64,000 nt of DNA from Terriglobia bacterium (GTDB lineage: Bacteria; Acidobacteriota; Terriglobia; 20CM-2-55-15): NCBI GenBank assembly GCA_965218585.1, contig CBDCLE010000025.1:64001-128000 (forward strand), given 5' to 3'. Below the pieces are notes generated by a model. That model saw nothing but the letters and a program-made list of their open reading frames with translations, did no database searches and was not told where the DNA came from. Of the stretch, positions 53,022-63,582 are shown piece after piece. The first letter of the stretch is position 1. Every line of letters starts with the position of its first letter. Made by a program: the position numbers and the translations under genes.

Positions 53022-54104
53022 TCAGACTTTCCAGCGGCCCTTTTTCGAAGGGGCAGGAGTCGGGGCGAGTCTGAGGGAAGGGTCGGCGTCAAGGTCGTAC
53101 CGGGAAGTCTCTCCGCGCTCAAGTTTGAAACTTCCTGCTGCCGCGATCATGACTGCATTGTCGGTCGTAAGGACCGGTTTCGGACAGAAGAAACCCAAAC
53201 TGCGTTCGAGGGTCGCTTCACCCAGTGCCTCCCGCAAGCGAGAATTCGCTGCGACCCCTCCAGAAAGCAGTATGGACTTGGGTTTCAAGTCACCGGAGGC
53301 CTCCATGGTCCTCGAAACGAGAGCATCGACGACTCCCTCTTGAAATCCGGCCAGTAGATCCAGACGCTGCTGGTCAGCCCGCGTTGCGGCTTCGTCCATG
53401 GGCTCGAGACCTTCTTCCTTTACGATCCGTAATACCGCAGTCTTGATGCCGCTGAAGCTAAAATCCAGTGTCTGATCGGAAATCTTGGCAACTGGGAATC
53501 GCCAGACATTCCGCTTCCCGAGTGCGGCAAGACGATCGATAACCGGTCCGCCCGGGTAGGACAATCCAAGGAGCTTGGCCACTTTGTCGTAGGCTTCACC
53601 GGCAGCATCGTCACGGGTCTTCCCGACCAATCGATAGTTCAGGCACGACCAATCCCCGGATTCCGACTCAACCCAGAACAGGTTCGTATGCCCGCCCGAC
53701 ACGACAAGCGCCAGAGCGGGAAATTCCGCGTCGGGATGTTCAATAGAAACCGAATAAATGTGACCTTCAATGTGGTCCACGCCAACCATCGGCTTACCGG
53801 CAGCGAACGCTATGGCCTTAGCGTATGTCAGACCAACCAAGAGAGAGCCGATCAGTCCCGGTCCATGCGTCACCGCGATCCCGTCCACCTCGTCCAGGGT
53901 CGTACCCGCTAGGGAGAAAGCTTCCTCCACGATAGGTCTGATCTTCTTGATATGCTCTCGCGAAGCGAGCTCGGGGACGATCCCGCCATACAGACGGTGT
54001 GTGTCCACCTGGGAATGAATCACGCTCGATAAAACTACACGATGGTCTGCCACCACAGCCGCAGCAGTTTCATCGCAGGAAGTCTCAATACCCAGTACCA
54101 ACAC
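53022..54104 (-). CDS. tsaD: tRNA N6-adenosine threonylcarbamoyltransferase
   Basis: LGIETSCDETA, GPGL, HIEGH, VSGGHT, DDAAGEAYDK, DNAVMIA. Confidence 0.97.
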   Translation of the reverse strand: MLVLGIETSCDETAAAVVADHRVVLSSVIHSQVDTHRLYGGIVPELASREHIKKIRPIVEEAFSLAGTTLDEVDGIAVTHGPGLIGSLLVGLTYAKAIAFAAGKPMVGVDHIEGHIYSVSIEHPDAEFPALALVVSGGHTNLFWVESESGDWSCLNYRLVGKTRDDAAGEAYDKVAKLLGLSYPGGPVIDRLAALGKRNVWRFPVAKISDQTLDFSFSGIKTAVLRIVKEEGLEPMDEAATRADQQRLDLLAGFQEGVVDALVSRTMEASGDLKPKSILLSGGVAANSRLREALGEATLERSLGFFCPKPVLTTDNAVMIAAAGSFKLERGETSRYDLDADPSLRLAPTPAPSKKGRWKV

Positions 54105-54119
54105 TACAGAAGCGTGCCT

Positions 54120-55172
54120 CTATGTGGCCGACGCAAGACGTGGCAGGGAATCCTCATACGGGGGGTGTGCAACGCCATGATCGGTAATGATCGCCGTCAC
54201 GAACTCAGAGGGAGTCACGTCGAAGGCAGGATTGAAAGCCGTCACCTCTTCTGGCACGACCCGTACTCCACCGAACGTGGTGACCTCTGAAGGATCTCGC
54301 TGTTCTATCGGTATGTCTGAACCATGCGCTATCGACAGGTCGAGCGTAGACAACGGGGCAGCGACATAAAAGGGAATATCGTGTTGCTTCGCCAGCACCG
54401 CGACTGTATATGTTCCAATCTTGTTGGCGACGTCACCGTTGCGCGCGATGCGATCCGCTCCCACGATGACCGCGTCAATCAATCCCTGGTGCATGAAGGC
54501 GCCCGACATATTATCGGAGATCACGCGTACATCTATCTCGTCCTTCCACAATTCCCAAGCGGTCAGCCGTGCACCCTGCAAGAAGGGGCGTGTCTCATCG
54601 GCCAAAACATGCAGGCGTTTACCACTCTCTACCGCCGCCCGAATGACACCCAAGGCTGTGCCGTAACCGGCGGTCGCCAGGGCACCGGCGTTGCAGTGCG
54701 TCAACACGGTCCCCCCCGATGGCATAAACTCCATGCCGAACTGTCCCATCCTCTTGTTGCTGGCGATATCTTCGTCCTGTATCGCAAGCGCTTCGGCGAC
54801 CAATTCCCGGCGCACGACATCGAGGTCCTGTCCGTCGTCCATCAAGGACTCGAATTTCCGCGTCATCCTGTCGGCCGCCCAGAACAGATTTACAGCTGTC
54901 GGACGTGTTTCTGAAATTGTTTGAACGATTTCTCGAAAATCCGAGCGGATACGTTCAGAGTCCTCGGCTTCAGAATCCTTTATCCCCAAAGCAATCCCCA
55001 TTGCTGCTGCGACTCCGATTGCAGGCGCTCCTCGAATTACCATCGACCGAATCGCTTCGGCCACGTCCTCATAGGTCTCAAATACCGGATACTCTTCAAC
55101 AGTCGGCAACTTGCGCTGGTCAATCATGCGCACGCCCCGATCGGTCCATTCAATCGTCTTGATCATCGACAC
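54120..55172 (-). CDS. mtnA: S-methyl-5-thioribose-1-phosphate isomerase
   Basis: [52 protein letters not shown]. Confidence 0.95.
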   Translation of the reverse strand: MSMIKTIEWTDRGVRMIDQRKLPTVEEYPVFETYEDVAEAIRSMVIRGAPAIGVAAAMGIALGIKDSEAEDSERIRSDFREIVQTISETRPTAVNLFWAADRMTRKFESLMDDGQDLDVVRRELVAEALAIQDEDIASNKRMGQFGMEFMPSGGTVLTHCNAGALATAGYGTALGVIRAAVESGKRLHVLADETRPFLQGARLTAWELWKDEIDVRVISDNMSGAFMHQGLIDAVIVGADRIARNGDVANKIGTYTVAVLAKQHDIPFYVAAPLSTLDLSIAHGSDIPIEQRDPSEVTTFGGVRVVPEEVTAFNPAFDVTPSEFVTAIITDHGVAHPPYEDSLPRLASAT

Positions 55173-55388
55173 TCGTTGTTCGTTGGTTGACCGCTATTTC
55201 AAACCAATCATTTTAGCAGCCCCTCCGGACCACGATTCAAGGAGTGTGCTAAATTTGGCAGTGGGATCTTGAGATCCTCCTCTATAGGTGCGCTCTGGGA
55301 CCGCACAAGAAGCACGCTTGTGCATCGTGTGGTCACATAGACTGCATCTACAGCTGACAAGACCCACTACCACCAACGCTGGGCACAC

Positions 55389-56843
55389 ATGAGCCATAAG
55401 TACATGACAGTTATCGGGCTTGAGTGCCACGCGCAACTACTGACCGAATCGAAGCTGTTCTGCTCGTGCTCGACCCGCTTTGGTCAGGATCCGAATTTCA
55501 ATACGTGTCCGGTTTGTCTGGGTCTGCCCGGAGCGCTACCGGTGCTCAACCAGGGGGCCCTGGCGATGGCTGTTCGAGCGGCGCTGGCGCTCGACTGTAC
55601 GGTGAACCCGGTGTCGCAATGGTCTCGGAAGAACTATTTCTATCCGGATCTACCTAAGGGATATCAGATTTCGCAATTTGACAGACCTATCGCTGAACAT
55701 GGACATCTGGATGTCAGTCTCAACGGAAACGTCCGGGCCGTCCGAATCCAACGCATCCACATGGAAGAGGACGCAGGGAAATCCTTGCATGAAGGTTTCC
55801 CTGATTCCGATTCGACGACCTACGTCGACCTGAATCGGAGCGGCGTCCCGCTCGTCGAGATTGTTACTCATCCCGACATTCGGTCATCCGAAGAAGCCCA
55901 GGAATACCTGGCCCGATTGAAGCAAATTCTTGAGTATCTGGAAGTCTGCGACGGCAACATGGAGGAAGGAAGTCTTCGATGTGACGCCAATGTCTCGATC
56001 TGCCCTAAAGGATCGGCTGAGTACGGAACCCGAACCGAACTCAAAAACATCAACTCCTTTCGCTTTCTCGGCAAAGCTATCGACTACGAGGTAAAGCGCC
56101 AGATTGATCTTGTAGAAGGCGGCGAACGAGTTGTCCAGGAAACACGCCTGTGGAACAGTACTGAAGAACGAACCGTTTCCATGCGCAGCAAAGAAGAAGC
56201 ACATGATTATCGATACTTTCCTGAACCCGATCTTCCTCTTCTGAAACTCGATACGGCTTGGATAGAGGGAATCCAAAGTTCTCAACCTGAGCTCCCCGCC
56301 GCCCGTTCCAGGAGATTCGTAGAAACCTACTCGCTATCTACCTACGATGCAGAAATTCTTACTTCGACTCGATCACTTGCAGATTATTTCGAGTCCGCGG
56401 TTGAATTTTGTGACAAACCGAAAGGCGTTGCCAACTGGATGATGGGGGATCTGCTGCGCTTGTTGAAAGAAGACGGAATTGACCTGAAGCATATGAATTC
56501 AGTTACGGTAAAACCTCAGATGTTGGCCGAAATGATTCAACTTATTGAAAAGGGCACGATATCCGGAAAGATCGCCAAGTCCGTCCTTGAAGAAATGTAC
56601 CGCTCGGGCCGATCACCTGCGGCTATCGTCGAGGAGAAGGGCCTGGAACAGATATCGGATTCGGGTGAAATCGAAAAAATTGTCGATGAAATTGTTTCCG
56701 CAAACCCCGGTCCAGCAGAACAATACCGATCCGGAAAGACAGGAACAATCGGATGGTTTGTTGGTCAGGTGATGAAGGCTACTCAGGGTCGCGCAAATCC
56801 GAAAAGCGTGAATGAGCTTCTTCGGAAGAAACTTGCGAGTTAG
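55389..56843 (+). CDS. gatB: Asp/Glu-tRNA amidotransferase subunit B
   Basis: GLECHAQL, RKNYFYPDLPKGYQISQ, EEDAGK, GSLRCDAN, DYRYFPEPDL. Confidence 0.97.
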   Translation: MSHKYMTVIGLECHAQLLTESKLFCSCSTRFGQDPNFNTCPVCLGLPGALPVLNQGALAMAVRAALALDCTVNPVSQWSRKNYFYPDLPKGYQISQFDRPIAEHGHLDVSLNGNVRAVRIQRIHMEEDAGKSLHEGFPDSDSTTYVDLNRSGVPLVEIVTHPDIRSSEEAQEYLARLKQILEYLEVCDGNMEEGSLRCDANVSICPKGSAEYGTRTELKNINSFRFLGKAIDYEVKRQIDLVEGGERVVQETRLWNSTEERTVSMRSKEEAHDYRYFPEPDLPLLKLDTAWIEGIQSSQPELPAARSRRFVETYSLSTYDAEILTSTRSLADYFESAVEFCDKPKGVANWMMGDLLRLLKEDGIDLKHMNSVTVKPQMLAEMIQLIEKGTISGKIAKSVLEEMYRSGRSPAAIVEEKGLEQISDSGEIEKIVDEIVSANPGPAEQYRSGKTGTIGWFVGQVMKATQGRANPKSVNELLRKKLAS

Positions 56844-56872
56844 AAACTTTAAAGGTATAGTCCCCCGAATAT

Positions 56873-57145
56873 ATGAGCGTTCACGACCCACGAAAGAAGC
56901 AGATCTCTGAGTTTTATCGTCAGGAGTTCATTCGACACAAGTCCCGATTGGAAACTCAGCGCTCTTTTTTCGCTGAACAGACTTATGGAGAGATCGAGTC
57001 TGTCCTGGACAAAATCATTGAAGAAATGGACAAGATCTCTCAGGTTGACAACTTTGAAGAGCTTGCCAGCCATCTATTGCACCGCATCGACATCGTCACA
57101 AGCCTGTCGGCTTCAAAAGTCGACCCTTCCTACAAAGTTCACTAA
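56873..57145 (+). CDS. Hypothetical small helical protein
   Basis: 90 aa ORF directly after gatB with protein-like composition. Confidence 0.6.
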   Translation: MSVHDPRKKQISEFYRQEFIRHKSRLETQRSFFAEQTYGEIESVLDKIIEEMDKISQVDNFEELASHLLHRIDIVTSLSASKVDPSYKVH

Positions 57146-57233
57146 CAGCCATCCGCTGTCGGCTTTCAGTTATCGGCTATGAAGCGGGAAGGCAAGTCGG
57201 ACACGTTCGTTTGATAGCTGATCGAGGAAGAGC

Positions 57234-57623
57234 TTACTCGGCAACGGCGATACAGTCCACCTCGACGCCAACCCCCAACGGAAGAGCTGCGACCTCAACT
57301 GCGGCACGGGCTGGCGGTGCGCTCTTAAAGAATTCCGCATACACCTCATTCATGTCCCCAAAGTTTTTCATGTCGTCGAGGTAAACCGTAGCCTTGACGA
57401 CGTCACCTGTGGACAGTCCCGCCGCACTCAGAATTCCCTGTACGTTTAGGAGGGCGCGCCGAGTCTGAGCTTTAATCGAAAGGTCCCCGATTAGTTTACC
57501 TGTAGCCGGGTCAAGCCGAATCTGCCCGGAAATGAAAACGAGATTCCCGGAACGGACGGCCTGAGAATAGGGACCAATAGCTTGCGGCCCCAAGGGCGTA
57601 GAGATCACTTTCTTTGTTGTCAT
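57234..57623 (-). CDS. RidA-family reactive intermediate deaminase
   Basis: AIGPYSQA, ISGQI, MNEVY..FF...PAR..V.V..LP. Confidence 0.93.
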   Translation of the reverse strand: MTTKKVISTPLGPQAIGPYSQAVRSGNLVFISGQIRLDPATGKLIGDLSIKAQTRRALLNVQGILSAAGLSTGDVVKATVYLDDMKNFGDMNEVYAEFFKSAPPARAAVEVAALPLGVGVEVDCIAVAE

Positions 57624-57662
57624 AAGAAACTCTAACTTTCAGTAATGAATGATGGCAGAACT

Positions 57663-59840
57663 CTACGGTGTCACGCTCTTCACGGGCTTGGGTGACCTCA
57701 TGACGTCGTAAATGCCTTCAAGTTGGCGGATGGAACCGATAACTTTCTCGAGGTGTTTCATGTCCGGAATCTCGACCGTCATGTCGATAACTCCGCGTTC
57801 TTCGTCGGTGCGGGCGGACAGGTCCAGAATATTCGCATGGATGTCAGAAACCGCTGACGAAATTTCCGCAAGAATTCCCGGCCGGTCCCTGCTAACAACA
57901 GCTAAATGGACCGCATAGGATTCCTGGCTCTCCGGACGGCCAGCCCACTCCACGTCAATTCTCCGTTCCGGCTCATACATGAGATTCTGGACATTCGGAC
58001 AGTCCTTCGAGTGGACCGAAACACCCTTGCCTCGCGTTATAAAACCGACGATATTTTCTCCGCGAATGGGATTGCAGCACTTGGCTCTGTAGACCAACAG
58101 GTCGTCCATGCCCTTGACCTGGATCTTTACGTTTTCACCGAGCCCCAGAACCCGCTTCACAACAGAGCCAATCTTCGATTCTGGCGTTGCGGTTGATTTC
58201 AGCAATTCGGGCTCTGCCTTTTCCAGAACGGCGCGGACCGAGATCTTGCCATAACCAATCCCGGAAAATAAATCTTCCAGCTTACTGCATCCGTATTCCG
58301 GGGCCACTTCCAGCAAGCGGTCGTTCTGGATCAATTCCTTTATGTTGACTTTGTACTTACGCGCTTCCTTTTCCAGCAGTTTCCGCCCGAGCTCGACCGA
58401 CTTCTTCCGCTCTTGTACGGTAAGCCAATGTCGAATCTTGTTTCGAGCGCGGGAGGTCTTGACGAAGTTCAGCCAGTCACGGCTCGGCGTGTGACCTGTC
58501 TGAGTGACGATCTCGACGATGTCTCCATTCGTAAGGCGCGTTTTCAGTGGCAGAAGACGGCCATTGATCTTAGATCCTACGCACGTGTTGCCGACTTCCG
58601 TGTGGATTGCGTAAGCGAAATCAACGGGTGTTGCATCGCTCGGAAGCGTAACGACTTTACCCCGGGGAGTAAACGTGTAGACTTCCTCCGGATAGAGATC
58701 CACCTTGAGTGTGCTCAGGAAGTCCGTCGGATCCTTCATCTCCTGTTGCCACTCCACCAGGTGACGTAGCCAGGAGACACGTTGGTCTTCCCTGTTGTCG
58801 GCAACGAGCTTTCCATCCTTATACTTCCAGTGCGCAGCAATACCCTCTTCCGCAACTCGGTGCATTTCTTCCGTACGAATCTGGACTTCAAAAGGTTGCC
58901 CCTTGGCGATGACGGAGGTATGGAGAGACTGATACATGTTGGGTCGCGGCATCGCTATGAAATCTTTAATCCTTCCAGGAACGGGCCGCCACGTGTTGTG
59001 GATGATACCCAGGGCTGCGTAGCAGTTCTTAATGTCTTCGGTGACGATTCTGACAGCGAGCAAATCGTAAACCTGGTCGAGCGAGATATGCTGGCGGCGC
59101 AATTTCTGGTCGATCGAATAAATACGCTTGATTCGGGCTTCCGTTCTACACTGAATGTCGTGTTCCTGCATATTTTCTTCAACTACAGAACGCACCTCTT
59201 CAAGAAACGATTCGTTGAGTTTTCGTTTCTCTTCAAGAGTGTTCTTCAAACCTGTATATGATTTCGGATCGAGAAAACTGAACGCGAGATCCTCTAATTC
59301 TCCTCTAACTCTTCCCATTCCCAGCCGGTGGGCAAGGGGTGAGTAAATTTCCAACGTTTCTCTTGCTATGGCTTCACGCCGGGACGCCTTGAGATGACGC
59401 AGTGTGCGCATGTTGTGAAGACGGTCGGCCAACTTCACTATAATTACGCGAATGTCGTCGCTCATCGCGAGCAACATCTTGCGGAAGTTCTCTGCCTGTT
59501 TCTCTTCCGTCGAGGTAAAGTAGATCTGGCTTATCTTCGTGAGCGAATCGACGATGTGCGCGATCTCAGGACCGAACATTTCTTCCAGATGCTCCATCGT
59601 CGTCAGCGTATCTTCGACGACATCGTGAAGCAGCCCGACGCTCACCGTGACGGCATCCATCCTCATCTCAGCCAAAATGTTTGCCACTTCGAGCGGATGG
59701 GTCATATACGGTTCGCCTGAGGCGCGAACCTGTCCCTTGTGTTCTTTTGCCGAGAAGATGTAGGCCCGGCGTACGACGACTATGTCGTCGCCGGGATGGT
59801 TCTTGCTAACCTTCTCCAGAATTTGATCGACTCGGATCAT
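57663..59840 (-). CDS. relA: Bifunctional (p)ppGpp synthetase/hydrolase (long RSH)
   Basis: HD motif LLHDVVEDT, KLADRLHNMRT, YQSLHT, EVQIRT, AAHWKYK, TGS, CC.P and ACT domains. Confidence 0.95.
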   Translation of the reverse strand: MIRVDQILEKVSKNHPGDDIVVVRRAYIFSAKEHKGQVRASGEPYMTHPLEVANILAEMRMDAVTVSVGLLHDVVEDTLTTMEHLEEMFGPEIAHIVDSLTKISQIYFTSTEEKQAENFRKMLLAMSDDIRVIIVKLADRLHNMRTLRHLKASRREAIARETLEIYSPLAHRLGMGRVRGELEDLAFSFLDPKSYTGLKNTLEEKRKLNESFLEEVRSVVEENMQEHDIQCRTEARIKRIYSIDQKLRRQHISLDQVYDLLAVRIVTEDIKNCYAALGIIHNTWRPVPGRIKDFIAMPRPNMYQSLHTSVIAKGQPFEVQIRTEEMHRVAEEGIAAHWKYKDGKLVADNREDQRVSWLRHLVEWQQEMKDPTDFLSTLKVDLYPEEVYTFTPRGKVVTLPSDATPVDFAYAIHTEVGNTCVGSKINGRLLPLKTRLTNGDIVEIVTQTGHTPSRDWLNFVKTSRARNKIRHWLTVQERKKSVELGRKLLEKEARKYKVNIKELIQNDRLLEVAPEYGCSKLEDLFSGIGYGKISVRAVLEKAEPELLKSTATPESKIGSVVKRVLGLGENVKIQVKGMDDLLVYRAKCCNPIRGENIVGFITRGKGVSVHSKDCPNVQNLMYEPERRIDVEWAGRPESQESYAVHLAVVSRDRPGILAEISSAVSDIHANILDLSARTDEERGVIDMTVEIPDMKHLEKVIGSIRQLEGIYDVMRSPKPVKSVTP

Positions 59841-59979
59841 GGCTCAAATTCAATCTCAGACGGATAAGCTTATTGTAGCTCTAAAGCCAAATTAGGGAGA
59901 GTCTTAGATGGAAGGGGGCAGGTGGGACAGCTGAGAGTGACTGGCGTCGAGCGGTTCATTCTCTTTACCCCTCTTAACC

Positions 59980-60008
59980 AAAAAAGAGCCACCCGAAGGT
60001 GGCTCTTT
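59980..60008 (-). terminator. Intrinsic terminator of the TonB-Exb-TPR operon
   Basis: AAAGAGCCACC-CGAA-GGTGGCTCTTT; TTCG loop and T6 on the minus strand. Confidence 0.8.
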
Positions 60009-60030
60009 CCAATCTGTGTACGACTCGAGA

Positions 60031-60831
60031 TTACTCTACAGGGAGCCCTGCAGCAGCCAGCTCGGCATTCCGCTGACGCGTTTCCAGAGCCCGGTTGAAC
60101 CAATCATCGGCCATGGCCAGAAGCTCATCTCTCTGGGCCAATGCTTCCTCGTCTTCCGAATCTTCAGAGATCAATTCAGCAGCCTGACGGTAGAGTAGGT
60201 TCTTGTAGCTCATTGCATCTTCGTAATTCCCGCGGATCTCCAGCGCACGGTCGAGGTGCATCTGGCCCTCCTCGATCAGGCTGGCGATGTCTTCAGCTGT
60301 GACTGCATCGGGATCAATTTCTTCAGATTCTTCGCCGTCGTCCGCGACAGCCAATCGTGGCAGCTCGCTAAACACGATCATCCAATTAACACTACCCACG
60401 CTGTAATGCGCGACCGGGTCGTCCGGAGCGATTTCAGCCTGGCGTACATAACTCTCACGGGCTAGATCGAGTCGGTTCGTATTCTGGTAAATGCTGGCCA
60501 GTCCCGCAATGGCTGTCGTATTGGTCGGTTCTTTCTCGAGAACGCTCTCGAAAGTCGCAAGAGCCAGATCCGCGTTCCGCTGGTTCTCTTCACCCACTGC
60601 ACCTGGAACGAACTGCTGCAGGTATGCCATTCCCAGATACAGCTCGGCGTTTGTCAGCTCCGGATCAAGCCGAGTGGATTCCGCGAAAAACTCGACTGCG
60701 CTCTCATACTCGGACGCGCCGAAGGCCTGAACGCCCTTGTTGAGATTGTCCCTCGCCCTGAGCTGGTCACAGCCGACCATGCCCAGCGTCAACAAGCCGA
60801 CGAGAACGAAAAGGAATTTCTTGTCCCGCAT
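60031..60831 (-). CDS. TPR-repeat lipoprotein
   Basis: Lipobox MVGC then DQLRARDNLNKGVQAF and TPR helices. Confidence 0.8.
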   Translation of the reverse strand: MRDKKFLFVLVGLLTLGMVGCDQLRARDNLNKGVQAFGASEYESAVEFFAESTRLDPELTNAELYLGMAYLQQFVPGAVGEENQRNADLALATFESVLEKEPTNTTAIAGLASIYQNTNRLDLARESYVRQAEIAPDDPVAHYSVGSVNWMIVFSELPRLAVADDGEESEEIDPDAVTAEDIASLIEEGQMHLDRALEIRGNYEDAMSYKNLLYRQAAELISEDSEDEEALAQRDELLAMADDWFNRALETRQRNAELAAAGLPVE

Positions 60832-60850
60832 CTAATCCTCACCTCCGACT

Positions 60851-61294
60851 CTAATTACCACCAGTGATGTCCGCCGTTATCTGCTCGGTCATCAGGCCGA
60901 CCTTGTCAACACCCGACCCCTTCGCAATATCGATCACCTGGATCACGTCGTTGAAAAGAAGCTCTGGATCCGCGTTGACGAAGATCGTCCGGTCGTTGCG
61001 GGTCTTGAAGATGTCCTGCAACTGCGTGCCCAGGGTTCTGAGGTCCGACTGATCCTGGTTGATCATAATCTGATTGCGATCGTCGATCGTCACCACAACC
61101 GTCCGATTCTCTTCATCCGGCGGTGGTGGCGGTGTGCCCGGCGGCGGCGGCTGCGGCACCGCCGTATCCAACCCACTAGGCGTCAGGGGCGTGATAACCA
61201 TGAAAATAACCAGCAGCACCAACAGCACATCTATCAGCGGGGTGATGTTGATATCGGACTTCGATTCAAGTTTCTTGCCAAGTTTAGCTGCCAT
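60851..61294 (-). CDS. ExbD/TolR-family protein
   Basis: INITPLIDVLLVLLVIFMV. Confidence 0.92.
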   Translation of the reverse strand: MAAKLGKKLESKSDINITPLIDVLLVLLVIFMVITPLTPSGLDTAVPQPPPPGTPPPPPDEENRTVVVTIDDRNQIMINQDQSDLRTLGTQLQDIFKTRNDRTIFVNADPELLFNDVIQVIDIAKGSGVDKVGLMTEQITADITGGN

Positions 61295-61308
61295 CGGCTC
61301 CTCCTCCG

Positions 61309-61743
61309 TTACTGACGAATGGCAGAGTCCAGCCGTTCCGTCAACAAACCGATCCGATCGACGCCAGCCGAACGAACAGAATCCACAACCGCCACGACAT
61401 CACCATACCGGGACCGGAAATCGCTCTTGACGTATACCGTCTTGTCGAGCCTTTCCGCCAGCATGTTGACGACAAGCGTCGGCAACTCCGCAAGAGTCAC
61501 AGCGTTCTGCGCCAGGAAGAAATTGCCGTCGCGGGTCACCGACACCAGAACGGCATCTTCCGCATCGGCTTCCTGCATGTCCACGGGGTTGTTCGTCTGA
61601 GCCATCTCAACAGTAACGCCCTTCTGCAGCATGGGCGTAATGACCATGAAAATAATCAACAGGACCAGCATGACATCCGCCATCGGCGTCACGTTGATCT
61701 CAGAGCTTACCTTGCCGCGTTCTCCGCCGCCTGACATAGCCAT
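61309..61743 (-). CDS. ExbD/TolR-family protein
   Basis: INVTPMADVMLVLLIIFMV. Confidence 0.92.
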   Translation of the reverse strand: MAMSGGGERGKVSSEINVTPMADVMLVLLIIFMVITPMLQKGVTVEMAQTNNPVDMQEADAEDAVLVSVTRDGNFFLAQNAVTLAELPTLVVNMLAERLDKTVYVKSDFRSRYGDVVAVVDSVRSAGVDRIGLLTERLDSAIRQ

Positions 61744-61749
61744 GGCTGT

Positions 61750-62466
61750 TTATCCTCGCTTCTTTATGAAGTAGTCGATCAACTCGGAAGACGAATTGGT
61801 CATCTCGATCTGGAAGGCTTCCACGCGGTTGGTGAACGCGTTATACGCCCAAACCGCGGGAACCGCAACGAAGAGACCAAACGCGGTCGCGACCAGCGCC
61901 TCGGAAATACCACCAGCAACTGCAGAAAGACCGGCCGTCTGCTCGCTCGACATTCCCTGGAAGGCGTTGATGATACCGACCGTAGTTCCGAAGAGTCCCA
62001 CAAACGGCGCGGTCGCGCCGATCGTCGCCAGACCCGACAGGCCGCGTTTCAACTCGGCGTTGACGATCGCCTCCGCACGTTCACAGGCGCGACGAGAGGA
62101 TTCGATCTGCTCTCCAGACAAATCCGACGAGACCCCTTGCGACCGAAACTCCTGCAGACCGGCTTCAACGACTTTGGCGAGATGGCTGCGTTTACTCTGT
62201 TCGGCGACGCTGATCGCTTCTTCGATCTTGCCTTCCTTGAGGCAACCCGCAACGGCCGGCGCAAATTCCCGGGACTGTTTCCGGGCCTGGCTGAAGGCAA
62301 TGTAACGGTCAACCATCACACCAAAGGACCACATGGACATGAGTGCCAGGAGGACAACCACGGCCTTGGCCGTGAGACCCATCTGCGCCCACATAGAACG
62401 CAGGTCGAAACCAACTGTCTCCTGGAGCAGCAACATACCCATAAAGTTGAGCTTAAAGAGCATCAT
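61750..62466 (-). CDS. MotA/TolQ/ExbB proton channel protein
   Basis: [39 protein letters not shown]. Confidence 0.94.
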   Translation of the reverse strand: MMLFKLNFMGMLLLQETVGFDLRSMWAQMGLTAKAVVVLLALMSMWSFGVMVDRYIAFSQARKQSREFAPAVAGCLKEGKIEEAISVAEQSKRSHLAKVVEAGLQEFRSQGVSSDLSGEQIESSRRACERAEAIVNAELKRGLSGLATIGATAPFVGLFGTTVGIINAFQGMSSEQTAGLSAVAGGISEALVATAFGLFVAVPAVWAYNAFTNRVEAFQIEMTNSSSELIDYFIKKRG

Positions 62467-62578
62467 AAGATCAGAATCCTCCTACTGAATTCATAACTAA
62501 ATCTTTTCCGTACGCATTACTGCAATCAAAATCTTCTACTGAACTCGACCAACTATTTGACGGGAATCACCCGCAGGT

Positions 62579-63328
62579 CTAATTCAACGTGAACGTCACC
62601 GAAATCGTCGTAACAACCGGCACAGGTTCGCCGTTGAGCAGCGTCGGCTGGTACCGCCACTGACTCACGGCTTCCACGGCTGCAGGAGCTAACAGGGGAT
62701 GACCGGTGATCACCCGGAGATCTTCGATGGTGCCTTCTATGTTGATGTTAGCTTCCAGCAACACGACGCCCTGAATTCGAGCCTGGCGAGCCAACTCCGG
62801 ATAGCGTGGCGGTGTCTGGTTGATAATACTCGCTGCCTGCGCGCCCGCACTGACACGGAGACGTTCCGGCGCCGCTGGGGGAGGTGGTAGTGGCGGAGGT
62901 GGTGGCGGTGGTGGCGCTGCGGCCGCCTGAGCTGAAAGCACGCCGCCTAGGACGCCGCTCAAAACACCAGTGTTCGTGCCCCCTGCCACGCCTACTGCGG
63001 GTGGCGGCCCCTCGTCCACGATCCGGGCAACTTCATCAGGAATTTCAGTCGGTGCGACCATGGCCCCGGGATCGATCTGAACCTCGGTAACAACGGCCGG
63101 CACTTCCGGAATGATCTCCTCAGGTGGCGGTGGTGGCGGTGGCGGCGGTGGTGGTGGCGCGACCAGGAACGTCAGCAGTTGCTGCGCCGGCAATGCTTCA
63201 GTGTAGATCAATGGGATCAAGATCATCACGGTGAGGAGGACGATGTGAATGACGAATGAAAGGATGACCGTCGCCGACTTCTTCCCGCCGCCCTCTTGTG
63301 CGTTCTCCAGTAAGGCATCTTCAAACAT
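62579..63328 (-). CDS. TonB-family energy transducer
   Basis: TM anchor with SxxxH, poly-Pro linkers, C-terminal PRYPELARQARIQGVV...QWRYQP domain. Confidence 0.92.
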   Translation of the reverse strand: MFEDALLENAQEGGGKKSATVILSFVIHIVLLTVMILIPLIYTEALPAQQLLTFLVAPPPPPPPPPPPPEEIIPEVPAVVTEVQIDPGAMVAPTEIPDEVARIVDEGPPPAVGVAGGTNTGVLSGVLGGVLSAQAAAAPPPPPPPPLPPPPAAPERLRVSAGAQAASIINQTPPRYPELARQARIQGVVLLEANINIEGTIEDLRVITGHPLLAPAAVEAVSQWRYQPTLLNGEPVPVVTTISVTFTLN

Positions 63329-63508
63329 ACCGTTGTCTCACCTCCCTCATGAAATTCTCAACTCCGCTGTCTCCGGCTCTCTACGACGGTCGGGAAAAGC
63401 ACACAAACCTGCATGCCCCACAGCTGATTTTTGTGGCACAACTCTAATGACAGGCCACGCGATTACACGACTGAATCGCAGATTCGGCGGCTAACCAAAG
63501 GAGCGATT

Positions 63509-63538
63509 CTTATATCAACCCATCCGATGTCCTGTCAA
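63509..63538 (-). promoter_or_regulatory. sigma70-type promoter of the tonB operon
   Basis: Minus strand reads TTGACA-18 bp-TATAAG with TG extension. Confidence 0.55.
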
Positions 63539-63582
63539 CTACTTAATACCCGATATCCGCCCTCTGCGAACAGGCAATTCCG

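Noticed and set aside
59870-59980. Possible ncRNA upstream of relA
   Set aside because: Only weak purine/pyrimidine complementarity and no recognisable family motif.
62878-63160. GGT/GGC tandem repeats
   Set aside because: They encode the poly-proline linkers of TonB and are not an independent repeat element.
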